A DNA stretch of 64,000 bases from Octopus sinensis (taxonomy: Eukaryota): contig NC_042997.1 of NCBI RefSeq assembly GCF_006345805.1, positions 191,208,001 through 191,272,000 on the forward strand, in the 5' to 3' direction. The notes beneath the pieces were generated by a model. It was not told where the DNA came from. It worked only from the letters and a program-made list of their open reading frames with translations, and did no database searches. A program made the translations under genes and the position numbers. Positions within the stretch are counted from its first letter, which is position 1. The number at the start of each line of letters is the position of its first letter. Of the stretch, positions 39,501-52,600 are shown piece by piece.

Positions 39501-42491
39501 AGTGAGAGTCAGTCCATGGTATCTGATCCCACTCTTTAGACTTGGAGGTCTGACCATAGTGGTTCAGTGGGCTAAGACAGCTGCAGTGACCAGTAAGCTG
39601 TAGATTTTACATTGGAGTGGCCATCTCCCAGGTGAACTGCTTTACAAGGCTGGAGGGCTTCACCTACTTGGAGTTGACAGAAGCGCATCAAAGAGGGAAC
39701 TGGACCATGTAAGAGACTCCACTCTTTGTTTTATTGCCAAGGTTGACTCCCCTAACCTTTTCCTTTCCCAAGGCAGTCTCTTCCAGAATATCTTGGTTAA
39801 CCGATAGCTAGGTCTGAGACAGAACCTTGACAAATAGAATTTTAGCTTGGTGGAATAAAATGAAACATGAACCAAAGATCTCCAGAGAAATTACAATAGG
39901 GACAAGAAATAAGAAATATCACAGCCACAGTGAAATACTGAGGAAGAGATCAAATATTCTGAATAATTACCTCTTCATTTACTCTTTTACTTGTTTCAGT
40001 CATTTGACTGCGGCCATGCTGGAGCACCGCCTTTTAGTCGAGCAAATCGACCCTGGGACTTATTCTTTGTAAGCCCAGTACTTATTCTATCAGTCTCTTT
40101 TGTCGAACCGCTAAGTGACGGGGACATAAACACACCAGCATCGGTTGTCAAGCAATGCTAGGGGGACAAACACAGACACACACACATATATATATATATA
40201 CATATATACGACAGGCTTCTTTCAGTTTCCGTCTACCAAATCCACTCACAAGGCATTGGTCGGCCCGGGGCTATAGCAGAAGACACTTGCCCAAGATGCT
40301 ACGCAGTGGGACTGAACCCGGAACCATGTGGTTGGTTAGCAAGCTACTTACCACACAGCCACTCCTGCGCATTTGTTTCTCTACAGACAGTAAATTATTA
40401 TAATAATTTATAAGACAGTTAATTATCACAATCCATCCATCAAATAATTAAGGTGAGCTGTTAGCTCTATTGGATATCATCCAACAACTAGACAACAGAA
40501 GTATATCAATTTGTTTATGTTTTTCTAACAAATTCCACTTACTTCAGTTGATAAGGTTACAGTAATTAATCTATTAATCGTTTTCACATTTCAATTAAAA
40601 ACAATTGTTATGAGGGCGTAAAAGTATGAACCTTTGCAGTAGAGTTTCTTCACCAACCCAATTAAACTGTCAGTATATCATAACAAGTATTGGGTGTTTA
40701 CATCTAGTGTATGTTACGATGCACACATATGAGTGAGAGAACATGATGTCATTTCAAATTAGGATTTTGAGCTCATAACAGCAAGAGAACAACGGAATGG
40801 AAAGAAGACTGGAAAAACCTTTCGAATGGAGAATATGCCAATAGTTAAAAATAATAAACAATTAATTCAAAGAACCAAATTCATAGCATACATACACTTT
40901 TATATATATACTTGTTGAAGAATTAAAAAATAGAGATTTTGTTTATAACTCTCTAAGAGCAAGGTCACTTTTGATAACAGTAATAGGATATGGTTTAGTG
41001 GTTTATTTCTATTATACTGAAGAAATAAGACATCAAACTATGAAAGTAGAAAAACAAAAGTTTTTTAATCATAAAACTTACCAAGATTCAACTCACAGTT
41101 CCGACCAGTAAATGTTGGTGAACAAGTACATTTATAATCCTGGTCCTGGTCAACACAAGTTCCTCCATTCTGACATGGATAAGAATAGCAATCATCGACA
41201 TCAACTTTAGCTGAAAGGGAAAAAGAAATTTTAAAAACAAAAATTCAGAAAGAGTTGTTCATTTTTATTTTTTTATATTTCTTCTACACACACACACCCG
41301 TGAGCACACCATCTTGCCTTTGTAATTTTGTTAAACACTAAGGTAGCAAGCTGGGAGAAACGTTAGCATGCCAAGTAAAATGCTTAGCAATATTTCATCT
41401 GTCTTTACATTGAGTTCAAATTCCACTGAGGTCGACTTTGCCTTTCATCCTTTTAGGGTCGATAAATTAAGAATCAGGAGTGTACTGGCATTGATCTAAT
41501 TGATTGGCTGTAAAACAATGGTTAAATATTTACTTATGCAACCCATGCAAACAAATGAGTTTATTCTGGCCTTTATTATACAATATATCTTTTTAAAGAT
41601 GGTATGGTATCATCATCATTTAAAGTCCGTTTTCCATGATGGCATGGGTTGGATGGTTTGACCACATCTGGCAAGCTGGAGAGCTGGACCAGGTTTCAGT
41701 CTGATTTGACTTGGTTTCTACAGCAACATGCCCTTCCTAACAACAACATTACAGAGTGTTTTGTAAAGTCGGTGAGCTGGCAGAAACGTTAGCACACCGG
41801 GCAAAATGCTTAGTGGTATTTCATCAGCTGTTACGTTCTGAGTTCAAATTCCGCCAAGATCGACTTTGGCTTTCATCCTTTCGGGATCAATAAATTAAGT
41901 ACCAGTTACGCACTGGGGTTGATGTAATCGACTTAATCCCTTTGTCTGTCCTTGTTTGTCCCCTCTATGTTTGGCCCCTTATGGGCAATAAAGAAACAAG
42001 AGTGTTCTGGGTGCTTTTTACATGGCACTGGCACAAGTCCTATTTACATGCCCCCAGCAAGGTATAATTGAGAAAATTTGGCTATTATTTCTAGCAAGTC
42101 CAGCAACCATATAGTGGCTCACTTTTATGTGACATGAATGGTGGTTATAGTGTACAATAAAGAATTTTTATTTTTATTAAACTTAAAGAAAAGAGTCCTT
42201 GAGAAACTATATGGAAATGCTTAAGTAACAAAAGCTTCATTATTTCATTGATTAAAGGTGATTTTTAATGAAGTGGTTGAACACAGCTGGATTGTATGAA
42301 GAGATGGTAATAAAATGGAGATAAAATGATATTTTAATAAATAATGAAGAAATAACATTTAAGACATCTTTTATAGGTTATCACATATCACTATGTTAAA
42401 GTGTCAGGTAAATCAAGGTCACTTCAGGAAATAAGACAGAGAGTGAGGAGTATTCACATTAGTATTGCAACTGCATGCATGTGTGTATGTC

Positions 42492-42525
<34 letters not shown>

Positions 42526-42916
42526 AGGCGAGCTGGCAGAAACGTTAGCACACCAGGCAAAATGCTTAGCAGTATTTCATCTGCCATTACGTTCTGAGTT
42601 CAAATTCCGCCGAGGTCAACTTTGCCTTTCATCTTTTCGGGGTCGATAAATAAAGTACCAGTTACGCACTGGGGTCGATGTAATCAACTTAATCCCTTTG
42701 TCTGTCCTTGTTTGTCCCCTCTATGTTTAGCCTCTTGTGGGCAATAAATATATATATATATATGCATGCATGCGCGTGTCCATATGTGTGAATATATGCA
42801 TGTATATATGAGCTTATTGTATAGTGTTCAAGTGCACTACAACTCAATGGAAAAGCTTAAAAGAGGAGACAGAGAGTAAACATATAAGTAAAAGAAAGAA
42901 AAACAGAAATGAAAGC

Positions 42917-42947
<31 letters not shown>

Positions 42948-43108
42948 TATATATATGCATGCATGCGCGTGTCCATATGTGTGAATATATGCATGTATAT
43001 ATGAGCTTATTGTATAGTGTTCAAGTGCACTACAACTCAATGGAAAAGCTTAAAAGAGGAGACAGAGAGTAAACATATAAGTAAAAGAAAGAAAAACAGA
43101 AATGAAAG

Positions 43109-43156
<48 letters not shown>

Positions 43157-45160
43157 AGAGAGAATGAGAAATATGAGAAAAGGAACTGTACATATTGTAG
43201 AGGGCTTAATATTTTATTACACCTGAGGAACTACATTAGTCACACATACTTATCTTCTATTTGTAACTTTTCACTGTGATCGTTTCAACCAACAAGAGGT
43301 GTTTTCAAGTGCCACTTAAAAACACCTCTTGTCAGTTGAAATGATCATAGAGAGAGAAGTCTGAAGAGAATATAACTCTACATTTGTATCACATATTGAG
43401 TACTAAATATAAAAAAAAAAAAAAAAAAAAGATACTTTGAATGATTTGCATACGTTTTCAGAAGATGTATACAGAAATTTTTTATTTTTCACTTGTTTCA
43501 GTCATTAGACTGTGGCCATGCTGGGGCACCACCTTGAAGAATTTTGAGCCAAATGTATCAACTCTGTACTTATTCTTTCGATAAGGCTGGTACATATTCT
43601 ATTGGTCATGGGGACATAAACACACCAACACTGGTTGTCAAGTGGTGGTGGTGGTGGTGGGGGGGGGGACAAACACCAACACAAACACACACACTCATAT
43701 ATATTGTCATTAGTTCATATATATGAAAAAGAAGCATACTCTGAAACAGTAGAACAGTAGAGACAGGCAGATTAAATTTGAACACAGAACATAAAGACGG
43801 ATGAAATGCCACTTAGTATTTTACCCAGCACAGTAGCAATTCTGCCAGCTCACCACCTTATCGACCTGTTAATAATAAGATGAAACTAGGGCAGTGAACA
43901 GGTAGAATCGTTAACACACTGGGCGAAATGCTTGGCAGCATTTCGTCTGTCTTGACATTCTGAGTTCAAATTCCACCAAAGTCGACTTTACCTTTCATCC
44001 TTTCAGGGTCAATAAAATATATACCAATTGGGTATTGGAGTCGATGCAATTGACTTACCCACTCCCCGAAATTGCTGGCCTTGTGCCAAAATTTGAAATC
44101 AATAATAAGATGGAAATGCTTCAGCTAATGCAGAATGTTGGATCACTATACAGAACCTACAGAACTGGGTAATGAAATGAGATTATTAAATTTTCAGTGT
44201 ATATTAACACTATCCTTGTCTCTATTTCCTGTCAAAAATTGCAACATGTCAAACCTGTGATTCTGTTGACCATAAGAAATTTAAACCTATTAAAGTTTCG
44301 CGAGAAAATACACATACAAAAAAGCAAAGTAACGTTAAGGGGTGATAATTTAATATTAAAAAATGCATTAACTAATACAGTAGCCTAGGAAACTAGTGAA
44401 GTTTTGAATCTATTAAAATTATCTAAGACAGAGAGTGAAAGAACATTTTCTCTCTCAAACAATGATCACTCCCAAAATATTAAGTACACTGTTCTTTTCA
44501 CGAACTTAACCTATTTCTTTACTACCCACAAGGGGCCAAACACAGAGAGAACAAACAAGGACAGACAAACGGATTAAGTCGATTATATCGACCCCAGTGT
44601 GTAACTGGTACTTAATTTATCGACCCCGAACGGTTGAAAGGCAAAGTCGGCCTCAGTGGAATTTGAACTCAGAACGTAACGGCAGACGAAATACCTATTT
44701 CTTTATTACCCACAAGGGACTAAACACAGAGAGGACAAACAACGACAGACAAACGGATTAAGTCGATTACATCGACCCCAGTGCGCAACTGGTACTTATT
44801 TAATCAACCCCAAAAGGATGAAAGGCAAAATCGACCTCAGCGGAATTTGAACTCAGAATGTAAAGACAGACAAAATACTGCTAAGCATTTCGTCCGGCGT
44901 GCTAACGTTTCTGCCAGTTCACCGCCTCTAGGGGCACAGTGAAGGGTTGTAAGACATTCCAAAAATTCTCTATATGAAATTATTTAGGTAAACAGATGCA
45001 CACACTTGGGTGTATGCATTGATAGTTCAACCAACCCACCAACTCAACCATATATTTACAAAACAACAGAAACCCTCTTAACTCAAAAAGCCTTGTCACT
45101 AAGTAAGTGGCTTGTAACTCTGTTACAAACTTAAATAAAATGCAAAGACACAGTCACATA

Positions 45161-45196
<36 letters not shown>

Positions 45197-48100
45197 AAAA
45201 ACGTTACACCATCTGCAAATATACAAATCTAATGACTGAAACAAGTAAAAAAAAAAAAAATATCCATGCCCCAGCATGGCCGCAGTCTTCGGGCTAAAAC
45301 ATTTTTAAGGATTTAAGGATATATTTCATGATGTATTATCTTTGTGGAATTTGGATCATTCAAAATATCTTTTGTTTTTTTCAGTTTTTTTACAGGCATA
45401 GGAGTGGCTGTATGGTAAGTAGCTTGCTTACCAACCACATGGTTCTGGGTTCAGTCCCACTGCGTGGCACATTGGGCAAGTGTCTTCTACTATAGCCTTG
45501 GGCCAACCAAAGCCTTGTGAGTGGATTTGGTAGACGGAAACTGAAAGAAGCCCGTCATATATATGTGTGTGTGTGTCTGTGTTTGTCCCCCCAACATCGC
45601 TTGACGACCGATGCTGGTGTGTTTACGTCCCTGTAACTTAGCGGTTCGGCAAGAGACCGCTAGAATAAGTACAAGGCTTACAAAGAATAAGTCCTGGTAA
45701 TTTGCTTGAATAAAGGCAGTGCTCCAGCATGGCCAGTCAAATGACTGAAACAAGAAAAAGAGAGTAAAAAGGTAGAACAGTAATCAGTTTGCTTAGCTAA
45801 CTACACAGTACCACCCTTATTTCACACCTGAGTGATTAGTGTTAACAAGGAACAGATATCTATCAATTAAACCATAGAATACATTGCTCCATCAAACATC
45901 ATTCCACCCTAACCCTAACCCTATGGTTTAAGTAAAGAAAAACAAAAGCAGATCAGCAAAAAATTGATGGATCAATTACAGATTCATAAACTGATGGTTC
46001 AACATCACCATTATAATCACTACCATCACCAGTCTCTATCTCTCCGCCAATCATTTTGATTATTTGCTTCCGTGTTCACAAGTATAACATGAACAGGCTT
46101 GCATAGATGGTTGTTCAAGAGATTTTACATCACTCACAGTTAATCAATATCCTCTTAGTTTGATTCCATTTATTGCTGGCCTCACATTTACCTGTTGGGT
46201 AAACTACTATTATGACTACTACTAATACTACAAGATATTATTATGAGCAACTGATAGAGCTTCAGCATGGCTCCTTGATTTGTTAGAAATAGCAGCTCAA
46301 TCTATCAAATTACCCTAAAACAAGGGAAGAAAGCAGTCCTAGATAACTCCTAAAAAAAGACAGATGGTCATGGTTGGAATGCCTCTGATAATGTTATTCT
46401 GCAGATAAACAACAATAACTACTATTTCAATTCTCATTCTGTATCCATACAATTATGGTGGTTTGTCAGCTAATTCAACTGTCTGTCTGTTTGTCTATCT
46501 ACTGGCATACCTGTAAGTTTATCTATCTACTAGCAGTATCACCCGGTGTATCTCAGGTTTGTTTCGACTCTTTAGAATTGGAATTTTTGAAAAGTAAAAA
46601 TTTTGCATTATGTAGCTTGTTATTCTCTTTAAGTGAACATTTTTCTGGTTGAAATACACTGAAAAATGGCGACACAGCAGTAAAAAAATAGAGATTTTCA
46701 TAGAAAAAAAGCATCTTTTTGATGTAAATAATTTTTGATGTTAACATGGTCTGATTTGAATGAAGAGCAAGCCTCCTTCTATCATACTCTCAATTTTGGT
46801 CAACTTGCGCCACAGGGTCTCGGAGGAGATAGTGTTAGTTGAAGGCTACCAAACCTGCCATACACAGACAACTTCAGCTTTATATATATATAGAGGTTGG
46901 GTGTCTGCATACATTACATTAACATGTCAGTCCTAATCACCCATTAACATATCTATTCCCATTCTTTGATGTAGTTCTATGTGTGCCATGACCATCTGTC
47001 TCAGAGAAAAACAAGTCCTAAATCCCTCATCTACAGAGCACATCTTCAGTATATCACTTCTCCAGAGGTCTACAAAAAGGTATGAACCCAGTGATCAGCA
47101 CTTCTCGTGATGGCTACTTACACAATGGCATTATCACCATCACTGCTACTTATCCATCAGAAATGAGTCATAATCACAGTCACTAGAGTTAGAGTATTCA
47201 GCTCATGATCGTAAGGTTGTGAGTTCAATTCCCAGCAGCAGGTTGTCCTCGAGCAAGATGTTGTATTTCACATTGCTCCAGTCCACTCAGCTGGCAAAAA
47301 TGAGCTGTGCCTTTAATTCAAAAGGCCAGCCTTGTCACATGTTGTATCACACTGAATCTTCTGAGAACAATTTGTAGGGTATGCTTGTCTGTGGAGTGCT
47401 CAGCCACTTGCTCATTAATTTCATGAGCAGGCTGTTCCTTTGATCAGATCAACTGGAACCCTCATCGTCATAACCAATGAAGTACCAGTTTAGTTTTCAA
47501 CAAAGCTTTTGAATTTGTACAAGAAACACAAAATTGTAATATTACTCTTTTACTCTTATACTTGTTTCAGTCATTTGACTGTGGCCATGCTGGAGCACCG
47601 CCTTTAGTCGAGCAAATCGATCCCTGGACTTATTCTTTGTAAGCCTAGTACTTACTCTATCGGTCTCTTTTGCCGAACCGCTAAGTTACGGGGACATAAA
47701 CACACCCGCATCGGTTGTCAAGCGGGGGGGGGGGGGTGACAAACATATATGCACATATACATATATACGACGGGCTTCTTTCAGTTTCCATCTTGTAATC
47801 CACTCACAAGGCTTTGGTTGACCTGAGGCTATAGTAGAAGACACTTGCCCAAGGTACCATGCAGTGGGACTGAACCCGGAACCATGTGGTCCATAAGCAA
47901 GCTACTTACCACACAGCCAGTCCTACGCCTATTAAGCAAAAAAAAAAAAGAAAAAATGTTGCAAAATTCTCGTCATTTTAACATCTCTTTACCATACTCG
48001 CATGGATCAGATGAGGTCATGCTGGAGCATAGTTTTCTATGGCCAGAGGCCTTTCCTGTCTCCAGCTTCCACTTGTTTCTAAGTGGGGTAATTAATTCCT

Positions 48101-49636
48101 CAGTCTAGCAAACAACAAACAGCCCAGATATGTCTATGAAGAGCCACAAACAGCACCATACAAACAAGCCTTTTGTTTACAAAGATTGCACAACATAATG
48201 GCAGTGCCCCAGCATGGCCACAGCTCGTGAGCTGAAACTAGGTAAAATATAAAAATATAACATATCAAGCAGCTCAGATAAGCTTTCATGGTTGACTGAA
48301 GACTGAAAACTCATGGCATTATTTCTAAAGCCATAGTTTACTTACAGAGACCAAACACACATGAAAAACATAGGAAATACAAACTCAGTCTCTCTCACAC
48401 AACAGGCTTCTTTTAGTTTCTATCTACTAAATCTATTTTTATAGCCTGAGGCTATACAAGTAGAAGAAACATGCCCATGGTTACAGTTCTGTCACAAATC
48501 AGCTGTCAGCTAGTAAGAACAAGCTGCTACAGCTGTTTGAATTTTAAACTTTGAAATAAAGAACTGAAAGCAATGTGTGTCATCTGAATTCTTGTTAAGT
48601 GTAAAATCTCATCTGAAAAGTTGGCAACAATGCTGTTTCAGATTTATTTCTATGGCACAGCACCTCGGGCAAGTGTCTTCTGCTAGAGCCCCACACCGAC
48701 CAACATCTTGTGAAAGTATGTGGTTGGACCTTCTCGAGCCACGCCTGGCTCATAAGGGCTGGTTTCTTGGTTTCTTTGGCGTATAGGTTCCCCACCTGGA
48801 CAGGACGCCGGTCCGTCGCAGGTGAGCTGCAAGAATCAGCAGGAAAGAGTGAGAGAAAGTTGTGGCGAAAGAGTCAGCAGAAGTTCACCATTACCTTCTG
48901 CCGGAGCCATGTGGAGCTTAGGTGTCTCGCTCATAAACACACACATCACCCGGTCTGAGATTCAAACCCGCGATCCCTCAACCACGAGTCAGCTGCTCTA
49001 ACCACTACGCCATGTACCTCCACAAAATAAATGCGCCCTTTTTAAAGCCTAGCCAAGCTCATGGGCCCAGTTTTCTGGTTTCTGTGGTGTATGTGTTCCC
49101 CAGCTGGACGGGATGCTAGTCCATCGCTGCGTTAGTCATTTTTGCCAGATGAGTGGACTGGAGCAACGTGAAATGAAGTGTTTAGCTCAAGAACACAATG
49201 TGTCGCCCGGTCCAGGAATCGAAACCACAATCTTACGATCATGGTGCTGACACCCTAACCACTAAGCCACGTGCCTACACAAAGTATGTGGTTGGGTGGA
49301 AATTGTGAGACTGTACCAGGAACCATGTGGTTGAGAAGCAAACTTCTTAGCATATAGCCATGCTTGCACCTCTCTTTTACTCTTTTACTTGTTTCAGTCA
49401 TTTTGACTGTGGCCATGCTGGAGCACCGCCTATATAAGAACTTTTTTAAAACTCTTTGAATTTAACAAAATAAAAAAAAGAATTCTAATTTTATGCTGAC
49501 TTAGAAATAGACTTTGCATCCATTTCAATTATCAGTTAGGTGCTCTTTGATTACAGAGAGATTTCATATCATTATCTTTATTTTTACCATGTCATGTTGA
49601 CCTGAAGGTAAATATTCTTATGTATGAGAGAGAGAG

Positions 49637-49672
<36 letters not shown>

Positions 49673-52600
49673 TGTGTGCTCACACGTCTGTCTGTGCATG
49701 CGTGTGTGTTTGTACACGTATCAAAAGCTGGACAGATGGATTTCAGCTTTTTGCTGTATTACTGATTCTTATCAATGAAGGCAGTGCTCCAGCATGGCCA
49801 CAGTCAAATGACTGAAACAAGTAAAAGAGTAAAATAATTCTTATTTAGCAGATAGTTGAAGATCTTGAAACAATTTTTTTTTTTTCCAATTGATGCTAAT
49901 TGCTGTAATTCAATATTTCATTTTTTTCTCAGGTGTAGGTTTTGTTTCACTAAAATATCACCATTTCCCAACCTTCATACTCTTGGGGAACCTTTGAAAT
50001 ACATTTCATGTCTCAAGGAACCCTTTCATAAAAATCATTATATATATCATTACTAATCCTTTTTCTCTTTTATCAGTTAAGTCTCATGAGAAATTTAACT
50101 AAATCATAAAAATTGTCTAAGATAAAGGCCTGCAAATGCTAAATCCATCAGATACCATAAAGAAGGTTAAGAAATTTCCAAAATGTTGTTTACACAAAAA
50201 TACTCTACAATTCTTGAAGAAAAGGGTTTCTTTACTAGCAACAGAAACTAGATTTTTTTAATATATAATTATCATCATCATCATCATAGACATTTAATGT
50301 TGATTTTCTATGCTGGCATGGGGGGAACAGTTTGACAGGAACTGGCAAAGTCAAGGACCGCACCGGGGTTCATAATGTTTTGGTTTGGTTTCTATGGCTG
50401 GTGGCTGGATTCCCTTCCTAACACTAACTATTCCACAGAGTGTACTCTGTGATTTTTACATAGCACCATCACCAGTGCTTTTCACATGGTACCAGCACCC
50501 ACACCAATGTTTTTTACATGGTACCTAGGATCTCAATTCTGTTGTGGCAGATGGGTCTTCTCAACTCAAATTACACATTAACATATAATTAACCTATTTA
50601 TCACTGTTTCTCACAGACTCCTCACAAAGAAATGCTGATTTTATGTACAATCATCCTCATCATTTTAACATCCACTTTTCAATGCTTGCATGGGTCAGAC
50701 AGAGTTTACTGAGGCAAATTTTCTATGGCTAGATGCCTTTAATGTTGCTAACCCTTACCTATACATATAATCGTCATCATATCATCATCTAATGTTTATC
50801 TTCTATGCTAGTATTTCTCATAAAGAAATGCTGATTTTATGTACAATCATCCTCATCATCATTTTAACATCCACTTTTCCCACTTTACCATGCTTGCATG
50901 GGTCAGATGGAGTTTACAGAGGCAACTTTTCTTTGGCTAGATACCTTTAATGTTGCTAATCCTCACCTGTTTCCAAGCAAGATAATCTTTCCCTTTGACC
51001 AGACACATTTTTGCAGACTGTGTGGAAATTACATCCATTTACAACAACCACACAATATCAAGACAAACAGACACACATAATACATACCCACATTCATGTG
51101 TATAGACAGACAGACAGACAGAGAGGCAGATGGACACAAAGTGCTTTTTTAAAGTTATATCTACTAAACTAAATTGACTCACAAGCAAGGGCAGAGCTAG
51201 GGTGGGGCAAGCAGGGTACATGCCAGGGTGCCACTTTGAGGGTAGTGCAATTTTGGCCAAGATCATTTTCTAACTAAGCCATTTCTATGCAAGTCTCCAC
51301 TTTTTGGTTAGTGAGGGAGGCACAATTTTGATGTTTGCCCTGGAGCCATTTACCGTAGCTATGCCCCTGCTCACAAAGCTTCGGTCAGCCCAGGACTATA
51401 ATAGAACAGACTTGTCCAAGGTGTCATACAGTAGGACTGAACCTGAAACTATGTGGTTAGGAAGCAAATTTCTTAACTACACAGCTATGCCTGTGCCTTT
51501 ATATACCAAAATCCACACCTAATAAGAAAGAAAATATAAAATCACATCAGTTTGTATCAATTTGAATTTTTCTACATATTTTTTTAATTAATTTCCAAAC
51601 AAGAAGAATTAAGTTAGCTTCAAAAGGAATAACAAAGATTACCCTCTCTCTTTTACTGGTTTCAGTCATTTGACTGCGGTCATGCTGGAGCACCACTTTT
51701 AGTCGAGCAAAGTGACTCCAGGACTTATTCTTTGGAAGCCTAGTATTTATTCTATCAGTCTCTTTTGCCGAACCGCTAAGTTACAAGGACATAAACACAC
51801 CAGCATCCGTTGTCAAGCGATGTTAGGGGGGACAAACACAGACACACAAACATATACACACACATACATACGACGGGCTTCTTTCAGTTTCTGCCTACCA
51901 AATCCACTCACAAGGCTTTGGTTTGCCCAAGGCTATAGTAGAAGACACTTGCCCAAGGTGCCACACAGTGGGACTGAACCCGGAACCATGTGGTTGGTAA
52001 GCAAGCTACTTACCACACAGCCACTCCTGCATCTATTAAGTTAAAAGAAAATCAAGATTACAGCTAAAACTGAAATCCAGCTGACCAAGTATCTTGCAAT
52101 AAGCTGACAAACTTTTTTTTAATACACAGTAATGTTACTTTGAGGTCAAAGTGACACTGACACAACAACAATGAAGGAGATTGTAAGATATCACCTTTTA
52201 TCTACCCAGCACATATCCAGCAAATGAGGTGAGAGTTATATGGATAGATTCTAACCCTTTTGTTACAATATTTCTGTGGAAATACACCTCCTTTGAAAAT
52301 AATGAAGAATTTTATTAAATACTAGCAGTATCACCCGGCGTTGCTCAGGTTTGTTTTCTTTTCGACCATTTAGAATTGGAATTTTTGAAAAGTAAAAATT
52401 TTGCATTATGTAGCTTGTCATTCTCTTTAAGTGAACATTTTTCTGGTTGAAATACACCGAAAAATGATTACACAGAGTTAAAAAATCGTAAAAAATAAGG
52501 ATTTTCATAGAAAAAAAAAGCACCTTTTTGATGTATATAATTTTTGTTGTTAACATGGTCTGATTTGAATTTTTTCTTCTACAGAAGGAAGAGCAAGCCT

